DNA from: Deltaproteobacteria bacterium GWA2_38_16
GTDB lineage: Bacteria; Bdellovibrionota; JACOXK01; 2-02-FULL-40-11
DNA length: 64,000 bases
Assembly (NCBI GenBank): GCA_001797335.1
Contig: MGPE01000005.1
Coordinates: forward strand, 153,013 to 217,012
Direction: 5' to 3'
The notes under the pieces are model-generated. The model was not told where the DNA came from. It did not search any database and saw only the letters and a program-made list of their open reading frames with translations. The position numbers and the translations under genes are program-made. Position 1 is the first letter of the stretch. Each line of letters starts with the position of its first letter. Positions 47,769 through 56,855 of this stretch are shown here, piece by piece.

Positions 47769-48958
47769 TTATCAGCAGTGTCGTTAATGCCTGATCCCTT
47801 GGTATAATTAATATCGTATCCTAATTTGAGGAGCATATTATCAGAGCATCGATATCCCCCACCAAAAGAATATCGGGAGTAAACGTTGGCCGTAACACTA
47901 TTTAAAGAAGCGGTGGTAGAAGCCCCTCTTAGTTTAATGGTACTAACGCGACCGGCCAGATAAAAATGAGACAAGACGTTCCATACATCCGGTAAATTCC
48001 ATAATGATTCTACAAAACCAAAATGAGCTTGTCTTTTTTGAGCATTCCCGCCGGTAGATCCATCTTTAAAAGCACCCAAAGAAAATCTAAAAAATGCCTG
48101 GCTATCAGAATATGCAGGAGGATTTAAAGGTTTTTTGCCTTTGCCTAAATCATATCTAAAATCTATTTCTGCCACCTGCCTTGTCCAATTTGTTGCACCG
48201 CTAGCAGGAGCTGTAATTCCTGCAATAGACATGTCTGCTGAAGATGCTTTTAATTTTCCAGAATGGTAGTAACTGGTGCTGATAAAGAGAGGATCTATCG
48301 GAGTGTAAAATAATCTTCCTAAAAAAGATTTTCCTTGGCCAGAATCCGATCCTACAACACTATTTCCATTTCCGACGGCTACAACCCATATTTTCCCTGA
48401 TAGCTCTATCCCCTCATCGGTGACGCCTACGTTTGCAGCTGAGTTAGAAGGAAGGATGCCTTCAACGACGTTATTGGTTTGGGTTTCTTCTCCAAAGGGC
48501 TGTTTAAATCTTCCCAGTCTGCCGCTTACATTAAACCACGTATTTCTTAAAGCGGGAATAAAATCTTTGGCTTGTAAAAATAAATAATCGACTAAAGGAG
48601 TGTTGTTCCCCCCATTATTTAAATTAAATCGAAAAGTAGCAGAATTGAAATCATCTGCCTGGAACATAAACACCAATTTTGCTTCAGGTACTTCAAAAGA
48701 ACCACTTCTAAAGCTAGAGGTTTGTCCTTGGGAATTATAAAAAGCACTTGCAGCTCTTCCGCTGAGCTTTAATTTAGAAAGCAGATTTGAAAGATCAACT
48801 TTGGGAGATTCTTCCCCATAGGCAAATGGGGATATGAATAAAGAAATTAAAATAATTGTTATGATGGAGTGTGGCTTCATAGAGTAATCCTTTCTTCTTT
48901 CCAGATGGGAGCTTGTTTTTTTAATTCGGCAATGACGTATTCGCAGGCTTTGAAACAC
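47735..48958 (-). CDS. outer-membrane beta-barrel porin-like protein
   Basis: Signal peptide MKPHSIITIILISLFISPFAYG (likely true start about 48880); alternating amphipathic strands; C-terminal SLRF with terminal Phe. Confidence 0.55.
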   Translation of the reverse strand: MFQSLRIRHCRIKKTSSHLERRKDYSMKPHSIITIILISLFISPFAYGEESPKVDLSNLLSKLKLSGRAASAFYNSQGQTSSFRSGSFEVPEAKLVFMFQADDFNSATFRFNLNNGGNNTPLVDYLFLQAKDFIPALRNTWFNVSGRLGRFKQPFGEETQTNNVVEGILPSNSAANVGVTDEGIELSGKIWVVAVGNGNSVVGSDSGQGKSFLGRLFYTPIDPLFISTSYYHSGKLKASSADMSIAGITAPASGATNWTRQVAEIDFRYDLGKGKKPLNPPAYSDSQAFFRFSLGAFKDGSTGGNAQKRQAHFGFVESLWNLPDVWNVLSHFYLAGRVSTIKLRGASTTASLNSVTANVYSRYSFGGGYRCSDNMLLKLGYDINYTKGSGINDTADNLLSLVASLRF

Positions 48959-49269
48959 TCTTTTCGATGTTCACCGGTAACGCCCATCCAAACCGCAATT
49001 TCTCCGAGTTGTAAGGTTCCTGTTCGATGATGAACATGAATGTCTAAAACAGAAAATTCTTTTTTGGCTTTATCAATTATTTTTTTTATTTCTTTAATCG
49101 CCATGGGCGTATAAGCTTCGTAATGGAGTTCTTTTACTTTTTTTCCTTTGTTCCATTGCCGAACCCAGCCTTCAAAGCTGACATAAGCGCCTGCCATGAT
49201 ATTTTTTCTTAATTTTTTAGAATGTATTGTGGGATTTAAAGGTTTGGTCCAAATTTTAACGATGGACAT
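48877..49269 (-). CDS. moaE: molybdopterin synthase catalytic subunit
   Basis: GAYVSFEGWVR...VHHRTGTLQLGE...APIWKEE. Confidence 0.85.
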   Translation of the reverse strand: MSIVKIWTKPLNPTIHSKKLRKNIMAGAYVSFEGWVRQWNKGKKVKELHYEAYTPMAIKEIKKIIDKAKKEFSVLDIHVHHRTGTLQLGEIAVWMGVTGEHRKECFKACEYVIAELKKQAPIWKEERITL

Positions 49270-49275
49270 AGTGTT

Positions 49276-49542
49276 TTATCCTCCTGCAACCGGAGGAATA
49301 AAACACACGGTATCCCCTTCTTTAAGAGAGGTATTAAAATGAGTATATGCTTCATTAATGGCAGCGGAAAGATAGGGAGTATCCAAAAAATGAGGATATT
49401 TTTTCTTAAGTTCCTGATGGAGTTCTAAAAGAGTGCTTTGATTGGGAAGGTCTATTTTTTCTTCTTTTTTTTGAGTGATGGTTTTTAAATGAGCAAAATA
49501 TAATACATTTACTTTCATGAGCTTTCGATTAACATGGGACAA
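49276..49542 (-). CDS. moaD: molybdopterin synthase sulfur-carrier subunit
   Basis: Small ubiquitin-like protein ending in Gly-Gly (PPVAGG); adjacent to moaE. Confidence 0.8.
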   Translation of the reverse strand: MSHVNRKLMKVNVLYFAHLKTITQKKEEKIDLPNQSTLLELHQELKKKYPHFLDTPYLSAAINEAYTHFNTSLKEGDTVCFIPPVAGG

Positions 49543-49554
49543 TTCTTTAAGAGT

Positions 49555-49568
49555 ATGACATAGATCAT
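49555..49568 (+). promoter_or_regulatory. FNR-like palindrome (ATGA-N6-TCAT) in the moaD / mobA-moaA divergent promoter
   Basis: ATGACATAGATCAT between divergent Moco genes; same architecture as the nirK boxes. Confidence 0.35.
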
Positions 49569-49611
49569 ATTTTTACCCAAAAGTCTATATAGAATACCTT
49601 TTTGTTTCAAG

Positions 49612-51165
49612 ATGAGCCATCATATAACATTAGCTATTTTAGTGGGGGGGGCTTCTCGTCGAATGGGGACTTCTCAAGACAAAGGGCTTTTATCTGTCCA
49701 TGGGGAGGCTTTAGTTTATCGTCTCATTAGAAAACTTTCTTTTTTATTTCAAGAAATCTTAATTATTTGTTCTTCGGAAACTCAAAAACAAAAATATGAT
49801 TTCGTGCTCGGAATGACACCTCAGATTATTGTGGATGAAAGTGGGAGTGATCGAGCGGCGTATTATGGACTGTGTGCAGCGCTTAAACAGAGTTCCACAG
49901 AAAAAGTGTTGGTGATTCCGGTAGATGCTCAAGGGGTGGATCCAGGTGTTATTAAAAAACTTCTATTGTCTCCCTCATTTCCTGTTGCCTATGAAAATAC
50001 ACCTTTCCCATCGGTGTGGCTCAAACAACATTTATCTTTTGTCATTCCGAGCACGAAGTGCGAGGAATCCCTAAGTATTTTAGATCTTTTGAAAAAACTT
50101 TCTACGACCTGGATACGTCCCACAGAGTGTGAAGACATACTTTTAAAAATGAATTTAAATACGAGAGAAGATGTTCGAAACTATTTTGGAGAGCCTCTGT
50201 GCGATTCTTGGGGGAGACAATTAAATTACTTAAGACTTTCTCTAACTGAATCGTGCAACATGGCATGCCAATATTGCTTGCCCAAAGGTTTTCATCAATC
50301 AACCCATGAACAGATGCTGACTCAAACCGCCCAGGTTATTTTAAAAGCGTTTCGAAAGTTAGGGTTTGAAAAAGTGCGTTTTACTGGCGGTGAGCCTACG
50401 CTTCATCCGGGACTTTTGTATCTTATTTCGGATGCTCGGTCCTTGGGATACGAAACTATTTCTCTCACTACCAATGGAAGTTTTATTCAAGATCTTACGT
50501 CTTTAATAGAGGCTGGGCTTACCCATATCAATATCAGTTTAGATACCCTAGATCCTACGACATTTCAAAAACTTACAGGGAGTCATTATCTATCTAAAAT
50601 TTTGGGTCTTATTGATGAGGCCTTAGAGAAGGGATTAAATGTAAAATTGAATACGGTTCTTCTTCGGGAGATTAATTTAAATCACATAGAACCATTACTC
50701 CATTGGGCGAAAGATCGCCCCTTAACCCTTCGGTTTATTGAACTTATGCCAATTCAAAATCACACAGAGTTTTTTAACAGAAATTTTGTTTCAAATACCG
50801 AAATTCAGTCTTTGGTTCGATCGTTGGGGTATGCGCCTATCTGTCATCCCCGACTTGATCGGGGATCCATGGAACCTTTAGGCCCCGCGGTTTTGTGGTC
50901 TCATCCAGAGTTTTTGGCCAAAGTAGGTTTTATCAGTCCTTGGTCGTGTAATTTCTGTGATCGCTGCAATCGATTGCGGGTGACTGCCAGAGCACATCTT
51001 CGTTTATGTTTATTTGGAAAAGAAGAGATAAAACTTCCGGCAGAACAAGGAGATGAAGTGGTGAGTCAATTTATTCGATCGGTTCTTCATCAAAAGCCCC
51101 TCTCGCATGATTTAGAAAAAGGGGATAGAGGAAGTTTAAGTTATTTTAAAGTAGTGGGAGGATAA
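49612..51165 (+). CDS. moaA: fused MobA-like molybdenum cofactor guanylyltransferase / MoaA GTP 3',8-cyclase (radical SAM)
   Basis: N-terminal AILVGGASRRMGTSQDKGLL (MobA motif); C-terminal CNMACQYC (CxxxCxxC) and auxiliary cluster cysteines CNFCDRCNR...C. Confidence 0.8.
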   Translation: MSHHITLAILVGGASRRMGTSQDKGLLSVHGEALVYRLIRKLSFLFQEILIICSSETQKQKYDFVLGMTPQIIVDESGSDRAAYYGLCAALKQSSTEKVLVIPVDAQGVDPGVIKKLLLSPSFPVAYENTPFPSVWLKQHLSFVIPSTKCEESLSILDLLKKLSTTWIRPTECEDILLKMNLNTREDVRNYFGEPLCDSWGRQLNYLRLSLTESCNMACQYCLPKGFHQSTHEQMLTQTAQVILKAFRKLGFEKVRFTGGEPTLHPGLLYLISDARSLGYETISLTTNGSFIQDLTSLIEAGLTHINISLDTLDPTTFQKLTGSHYLSKILGLIDEALEKGLNVKLNTVLLREINLNHIEPLLHWAKDRPLTLRFIELMPIQNHTEFFNRNFVSNTEIQSLVRSLGYAPICHPRLDRGSMEPLGPAVLWSHPEFLAKVGFISPWSCNFCDRCNRLRVTARAHLRLCLFGKEEIKLPAEQGDEVVSQFIRSVLHQKPLSHDLEKGDRGSLSYFKVVGG

Positions 51166-51168
51166 AAA

Positions 51169-51633
51169 ATGGGAGATTTTACTCATTTAAAAAAGGGAAA
51201 AGCCGTGATGGTGGATGTGACACAAAAAACTCCATCTGAGAGGATTGCAAAAAGTAAAGCTCATGTACAAACAGGATCTATCAATCTTAAAAAAGAATTA
51301 TCTCAAAAAGCACAGCAAGAATTGGCCTTAACTATTCGACTTTCGGCGATTCAAGCGGCTAAAAAAACATCTGAACTTATTCCTCTATGTCATCCTTTGT
51401 CTTTAAGTTTTGTAGAGTGTGAGGTGGAATTTAAGGAAAATAAAATTTTAATAATCTGTACGGCTAAAACAAAAAATACAACGGGGGTTGAAATGGAAGC
51501 TATGGTGGGAGCCTCGATCGGAGCATTAACGGCCTATGACATGATTAAGTCCAAGTGTCGTGATACATCGATTGAAAAAATTGAGTTAGTCTATAAAGAA
51601 GGAGGAAAATCAGGCGTATGGAAAAGAACATAA
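51169..51633 (+). CDS. moaC: cyclic pyranopterin monophosphate synthase
   Basis: 154 aa; conserved MoaC core (GVEMEAMVGASIGALTAYDM). Confidence 0.85.
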   Translation: MGDFTHLKKGKAVMVDVTQKTPSERIAKSKAHVQTGSINLKKELSQKAQQELALTIRLSAIQAAKKTSELIPLCHPLSLSFVECEVEFKENKILIICTAKTKNTTGVEMEAMVGASIGALTAYDMIKSKCRDTSIEKIELVYKEGGKSGVWKRT

Positions 51634-52118
51634 CATCCTATGTTATTGTGAGTTCTGATCGAGCATCCCAGGGAACCTATGAAGATAAGGCAGGCCCTGC
51701 TGCCCAAAATTGGCTGTGTAGCAATGGGTATAAAAATAAAGGAGTTGTCATTATCCCTGATAATCCAAAAATTCTTCGAGATAAACTTTTGGAGATATTA
51801 GAGACGGTAGACGTTGTGGTGGTGAGCGGAGGAACGGGTTTAGGCCCTCGGGATATTACTCCTCAAACATTACGTGATCTCTCAGACTATGAAATTCCAG
51901 GATTTGGAGAAAGATTAAGACAAGAAAGTTTAAAATATTCTTTGAATAGTTATTTATCCCGGTGTGGAGGGTATGTGAAAAATGATAAACTTATTTTAGC
52001 CCTGCCAGGAAATCCAAAAGCGGTGACAGAGCAACTTGATATTCTTTCAGAACTTCTTCCCAATGCGGTGTGTGCGCTTCGAGGGGAATGTAAACATAGG
52101 AATCGAACATCCTCATGA
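51618..52118 (+). CDS. mog: molybdopterin adenylyltransferase (MogA/MoaB family)
   Basis: VVVVSGGTGLGPRDITPQ motif. Confidence 0.8.
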   Translation: MEKNITSYVIVSSDRASQGTYEDKAGPAAQNWLCSNGYKNKGVVIIPDNPKILRDKLLEILETVDVVVVSGGTGLGPRDITPQTLRDLSDYEIPGFGERLRQESLKYSLNSYLSRCGGYVKNDKLILALPGNPKAVTEQLDILSELLPNAVCALRGECKHRNRTSS

Positions 52119-53302
52119 TTACCTACGAAGAAGCCTTAGCTTTATTTTCACGCCTTCCGTCGATAAAAGAGGTTACTACAGTACCTCTTCAAAAATCATT
52201 GGGATGTGTATTGGCCAAAGATCTTTTGGCTCCTTGTTCACTCCCACTTTTTAACAATAGTGCGATGGATGGGGTGGCGCTTCGATTATCAGATCTTCGA
52301 TCTGAAATCAGGATAGCAGGAACGAGATTGGCTCAAAGGGTGAAAGATTCATTAGATCATCCTCGCACGAAAGCCATTCGAATCATGACGGGAGCCAAAG
52401 TGCCTTCCTGGGCAGAACTGGTGGTTCCGATAGAGAAGATTGAAGGGATCAAAGAAAATGTTATTCGAGTGGCAGCCGGTTTATTTAATAAAGGAGAGAA
52501 CATTCGTTTTTCTGGAGAAGATTATCAAAAAGGAGAGCTTATTTTTAAAAAAGGGCACTTCTTAAATGCAGAGGCGTTGATGGTATTGGCCAATTTTGGA
52601 ATTCAAAAAGTAGAGGTATTTAAAAAGCCGGCTCTCTGGCTTTTAACGACGGGAAATGAAGTAAAGCGTGTAGGCTCCAAGCTTTTTGATGGGGAAATTT
52701 ATAATTCTTCTCAAATTTATTTAAAGACAAAAATAAGAGAATTAGAACTGCCTCTTAAAAAATATATTCATATGAAGGATCAAAAAGAAAAACTAAAGTC
52801 TTTTTTAAAAACATGGCTAAAGTCCAAAGGTCCCTCCCTTTTGGTGACAACCGGAGCCGTATCGATGGGAGATAAAGATGATTTTCCAAAACTGGCCCAG
52901 GAACTGGGGCTTCATCTTTATTTTCATAAAGTAGCTATTCGCCCTGGAAAGCCCGTTTTATTTTGCTCGGATGAAAAAGATCACTATTGGATTGGAGCGC
53001 CAGGGAATGCTATTGCCACAGCTGTTGCCTGGACATTTTTTGTAAGGCCTTTTTTACACAGCTGGGGGAAGTTTCCTTTGCCCCACACTACTCAAGTGAC
53101 TCTTGCCGAGGATTTTAAAAAGCCCCTTGGGATTAAAACTTTTTTTAGAGGATATTGTGATGGAGAAAAAGTTATCTTAGCCAAAGATCAAGGCTCTCAG
53201 CGGATGAAAGCATCTGCCACAAGTAATGTGTTTGTGGAGCTTCGCCAAGATCAGGAGGTGGTGATTCAGGGTAGCAAAGTCACCTGTACATGGTTATGTT
53301 AA
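52115..53302 (+). CDS. moeA: molybdopterin molybdenumtransferase
   Basis: 395 aa; MoeA N-terminal region (NSAMDGVA) and MoCF-biosynthesis domain (LLVTTGAVSMGDKD). Confidence 0.85.
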   Translation: MITYEEALALFSRLPSIKEVTTVPLQKSLGCVLAKDLLAPCSLPLFNNSAMDGVALRLSDLRSEIRIAGTRLAQRVKDSLDHPRTKAIRIMTGAKVPSWAELVVPIEKIEGIKENVIRVAAGLFNKGENIRFSGEDYQKGELIFKKGHFLNAEALMVLANFGIQKVEVFKKPALWLLTTGNEVKRVGSKLFDGEIYNSSQIYLKTKIRELELPLKKYIHMKDQKEKLKSFLKTWLKSKGPSLLVTTGAVSMGDKDDFPKLAQELGLHLYFHKVAIRPGKPVLFCSDEKDHYWIGAPGNAIATAVAWTFFVRPFLHSWGKFPLPHTTQVTLAEDFKKPLGIKTFFRGYCDGEKVILAKDQGSQRMKASATSNVFVELRQDQEVVIQGSKVTCTWLC

Positions 53303-54414
53303 AACGATATCGACCTCATCTTTTACTCTCTGGTTTTGGACTAGAAGAGCAAAAAAAATTACACTCAGCCAAGGTTTTGGTTATTGGAGCTGGAGGATTA
53401 GGATGCCCTTTGCTTTTATATTTAACGGCAGCAGGAGTGGGAACCATCGGCATTGTCGATAGTGATTCTGTAGAAGAAAGTAATCTCCAACGCCAAATTT
53501 TATATACGGAAGCAGATCTTGGAAAATTAAAGGTCGATGTTGCTCGAAAAAGACTTTCTTTGTTAAATTCCAAGACGGAATTTGTACTCTATCCCCATCG
53601 GTTTACAGTACAGAATGCTTTAGAAATCATAAAACCCTATGATGTTATTTGCGATGGCACGGATAATTTTCAAACTCGTTATATGATTAATGATGCCTGT
53701 GTCCTTCTTAATAAACCGGATGTCTATGCTTCTATTTTTCAATTTGAAGGGCAGGTGACGGTATTTAATTATGTTAATAAAGAGGGAGTAAGAGGCCCTC
53801 ATTACAGGGATCTTTTTCCCGTATTTCCTCCTCAAGATCTTCTCCCTAATTGTGAAGCAGCAGGGGTGCTCGGAGTTTTGCCAGGAATCATGGGGACGAT
53901 TCAAGCCAATGAAGTGATTAAAATCATTACAGGAATAGGAGAAGTACTTTCCGGTAGACTTTTAACGATGAATACCCTAAACTTTGAAACTCATATTTTA
54001 ACGTTACCCAACGCTAAAGGAGGACAAACGATGGTGACTAAATTAGAAGAAAATCCACAAGCTTCATGTTGCGAAATTGGGAAAGGGAAAAAAGAGGTTC
54101 CTGAAGTGACGGTTCAAGAATTAAAAGCCAAAAGAGATCATCATGAAAATTTTCAATTGATCGATGTCAGAGAAAAAAATGAATATGAATTTGTGAATAT
54201 TCAAGGAGATCTTATTCCTCTGGGAGAGCTTGAACGTTCACTTTCTAAAATTTCTAAGGAAAAAACAGTGATTGTGCATTGCCGAAGTGGTGGGAGAAGT
54301 TCTCAGGCTGTGAAGCTTTTACGAGAAAAATTTGGGTATACCAATGTCTATAATCTAAAAGGCGGAATTCTAGCCTATATAGATGAAATTGATCCTTCCT
54401 TACCTAAATACTAG
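53290..54414 (+). CDS. moeB: molybdopterin-synthase adenylyltransferase with C-terminal rhodanese domain (MoeB/MoeZ-like)
   Basis: ThiF fold VLVIGAGGLGCPLLLYL; C-terminal rhodanese active-site loop CRSGGRS. Confidence 0.8.
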   Translation: MVMLKRYRPHLLLSGFGLEEQKKLHSAKVLVIGAGGLGCPLLLYLTAAGVGTIGIVDSDSVEESNLQRQILYTEADLGKLKVDVARKRLSLLNSKTEFVLYPHRFTVQNALEIIKPYDVICDGTDNFQTRYMINDACVLLNKPDVYASIFQFEGQVTVFNYVNKEGVRGPHYRDLFPVFPPQDLLPNCEAAGVLGVLPGIMGTIQANEVIKIITGIGEVLSGRLLTMNTLNFETHILTLPNAKGGQTMVTKLEENPQASCCEIGKGKKEVPEVTVQELKAKRDHHENFQLIDVREKNEYEFVNIQGDLIPLGELERSLSKISKEKTVIVHCRSGGRSSQAVKLLREKFGYTNVYNLKGGILAYIDEIDPSLPKY

Positions 54415-54485
54415 GTCCAGGTATTCATATAAAATAGTGACATAGGTCATATTTGATCCGAAGGGGATGAGATAATAAGGGCCTT

Positions 54486-54938
54486 ATGACGCCTGAAGTG
54501 TTAGCCCCAACCTTTAAATTTAGCCATCCTATTCGTGTCCGGCAAGGCGAGACTGATGCGCAGGGACGTGTATTGTGTCCCATGTTTTGTGTCTATCGGG
54601 AGGCAGCTCGGACAGAGTATTTTAGGAACTTGAAGTTTTCCTATCCTGAGCAGTGGAAGAGTAATTTTCACCATGTCATGACGATAGGCTCTTGCCATAA
54701 TGAAAAACGGCAAGCCCATTTTGATGATGAGCTTTTAATTTTTGCTAAAATTTCTGCCATTCAAAAAACGAATTTTACTTTTTCATTTGAGATCTATCAA
54801 AAAGCAGGAGGGCAGCTTATTTCTAAGGCCACCTCGACCCATGCGGTCATTGATCCTAAAAAATGGGCTATTATCCGGGTGCCTGACTTTTTTAGAGAGA
54901 TTGTAAGTCAATTTGAAAATCAAAAATTTATGATTTGA
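54486..54938 (+). CDS. hotdog-fold acyl-CoA thioesterase (YbgC/4HBT-like)
   Basis: 150 aa; VRQGETDAQGRV pattern typical of 4HBT thioesterases. Confidence 0.55.
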   Translation: MTPEVLAPTFKFSHPIRVRQGETDAQGRVLCPMFCVYREAARTEYFRNLKFSYPEQWKSNFHHVMTIGSCHNEKRQAHFDDELLIFAKISAIQKTNFTFSFEIYQKAGGQLISKATSTHAVIDPKKWAIIRVPDFFREIVSQFENQKFMI

Positions 54939-54953
54939 ATCATAATCCGAAGT

Positions 54954-55652
54954 GTGCTAGGGTTTGGCTCGCTTATGGAAATCAAACGGTCTATCGACTG
55001 TAATCAGTGCCATCCCCGCCAGCATAGTATTTTTTGTCAGCTTTCTGATGACAAGCTGCATTATCTCAAAGATTTTAAGATTACTAAAACCTATAAGAAG
55101 CGTGAAATTGTATTTCATGAGGGAGATAAACCTCATGGCCTTTTTTGTGTGTTTTCGGGGCTTGTGAAAATCTCAAAAGTATCTTCGGATGGGAAAGAAC
55201 AAATTGTAAGACTGGCTCAAAGTGGGGATGTGTTGGGGTATCGAGCATTTTTCTCTAGTGAATTTTATTCTGCAACGGCTCAGGCCATTACAGAATCAAA
55301 TATTTGTTTTATTGAACGCGAAGGAATGGAAAAAATCATTCAGCATTCTCCGGAGCTTATTTATTCATTCTTAAGAAAAGTGTGTTTTGAGTTAAGACAA
55401 GCAGAAGAAAAATTTCAAGACCTCATGGAAAAAAGTGTGGAAGAAAGACTGGCTAATTTTTTAAAACTTTTGTTAGGAAAAACGAAGACAAAAACCTTTG
55501 ATCTACCCTTATCCAGGGAAGAAATTGCTTCCCTTATTGGAGCGCGTCAGGAAACTGTGATTCGGGTATTTTCTTCTTGGAAAGATCAAGGGTACTTAAA
55601 AGTCCATGCAAAATCCCTGACACTGCTAGATTCTTCTTTTCTCGTTCACTAA
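54954..55652 (+). CDS. CRP/FNR-family transcriptional regulator with N-terminal Cys cluster (FNR-type sensor)
   Basis: N-terminal CNQCHPRQHSIFC; cNMP-binding-like barrel; C-terminal HTH (SREEIASLIGARQETVIRV). Confidence 0.75.
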   Translation: MLGFGSLMEIKRSIDCNQCHPRQHSIFCQLSDDKLHYLKDFKITKTYKKREIVFHEGDKPHGLFCVFSGLVKISKVSSDGKEQIVRLAQSGDVLGYRAFFSSEFYSATAQAITESNICFIEREGMEKIIQHSPELIYSFLRKVCFELRQAEEKFQDLMEKSVEERLANFLKLLLGKTKTKTFDLPLSREEIASLIGARQETVIRVFSSWKDQGYLKVHAKSLTLLDSSFLVH

Positions 55653-55689
55653 AATCTTTTATACTGAATGACAAATTAGGAGAAAACTT

Positions 55690-56787
55690 ATGTCATTTAA
55701 TTTTGAACTCATGAAAAAAATGGGCCATGAACAAGTCATTTTTTGCCACAACCCCAATGTAGGACTCAAGGCCATTATCGCGATTCACAATACTGCATTA
55801 GGCCCTGCGCTCGGAGGAACCCGCATGTGGCCCTATAAAACAGAAGAAGAAGCCTTTGAAGATGCCTTAAGACTTTCTCGAGGGATGACCTATAAATCCG
55901 CCGTGGCCAGTCTTAATTTTGGTGGCGGAAAAGCCGTGATTATTGGAGACCCTAAGAAAGATAAATCTGAAAGCCTATTTCGAGCCTTTGGGGCCTTTGT
56001 AGAAAGATTAAAGGGTCAATTTATTACCGGAGAAGACGTAGGGATTGATGTGAATGACATTGAATTTATGTTTATGGAAACCGATTTTGTTACCGGACTT
56101 TCCAAAGCTCATGGAGGCAGTGGGGATCCCTCTCCCATGACCGCTTATGGCGTTATTCAGGGGATGCAAGCCTGCATTGAAAAACGATTAAAACAAAAAG
56201 GGCTAAAAGGATTAACGGTGGCGGTGCAAGGCTTAGGGCATGTGGGTGAAAAATTGATTGAATACCTCGTTCACGAAGGGGCTAAAGTCATTGGCTGCGA
56301 TATTGATCCAAAGCTTTGTGAAATGGTGAAATCTAAATTTAATATGACGATTGTAGAATCTGAAAAAATTTATGGAGTAGATTGTGATATTTTTGCCCCC
56401 TGTGCTTTAGGGGGTGTTTTAAATGAACAAACCATTCCACAACTAAAGTGCAGTATTGTGGCCGGGAGTGCCAATAATCAACTTCAAAAAGATTCTGACG
56501 GAGAACTTCTCCAGAAAAAGGGAATTCTTTATGCCCCTGATTATGTGATTAATGCGGGTGGACTTATTAATGTGGCCTTAGAATTGGAAGGATATTCCGA
56601 GAATAGAGCAAAACTTTTAACTCGAAATATTTATTATAATTTAAAACGAGCGTTTGAAATTTCTGAAGAGCAAAAAATATTGCCTCACGTGTCGGCCGAT
56701 CGCTTAGCCGAAGAACGGATTAAAAAAGTGGGCTTTATTAAACGCTCTCACGTCCTTCACAAATCCCAAATTAGACGAAAAAATTAG
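55690..56787 (+). CDS. ldh: leucine dehydrogenase (Glu/Leu/Phe/Val dehydrogenase family)
   Basis: Catalytic Lys region NFGGGKAVIIGDP; NAD-binding GLGHVG. Confidence 0.8.
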   Translation: MSFNFELMKKMGHEQVIFCHNPNVGLKAIIAIHNTALGPALGGTRMWPYKTEEEAFEDALRLSRGMTYKSAVASLNFGGGKAVIIGDPKKDKSESLFRAFGAFVERLKGQFITGEDVGIDVNDIEFMFMETDFVTGLSKAHGGSGDPSPMTAYGVIQGMQACIEKRLKQKGLKGLTVAVQGLGHVGEKLIEYLVHEGAKVIGCDIDPKLCEMVKSKFNMTIVESEKIYGVDCDIFAPCALGGVLNEQTIPQLKCSIVAGSANNQLQKDSDGELLQKKGILYAPDYVINAGGLINVALELEGYSENRAKLLTRNIYYNLKRAFEISEEQKILPHVSADRLAEERIKKVGFIKRSHVLHKSQIRRKN

Positions 56788-56855
56788 CCTAAACTTTCTC
56801 ATAAATTTTCCGATAAAACATCTAGCAGGTTCATTTCTTATAAAGGGAGGAATTT

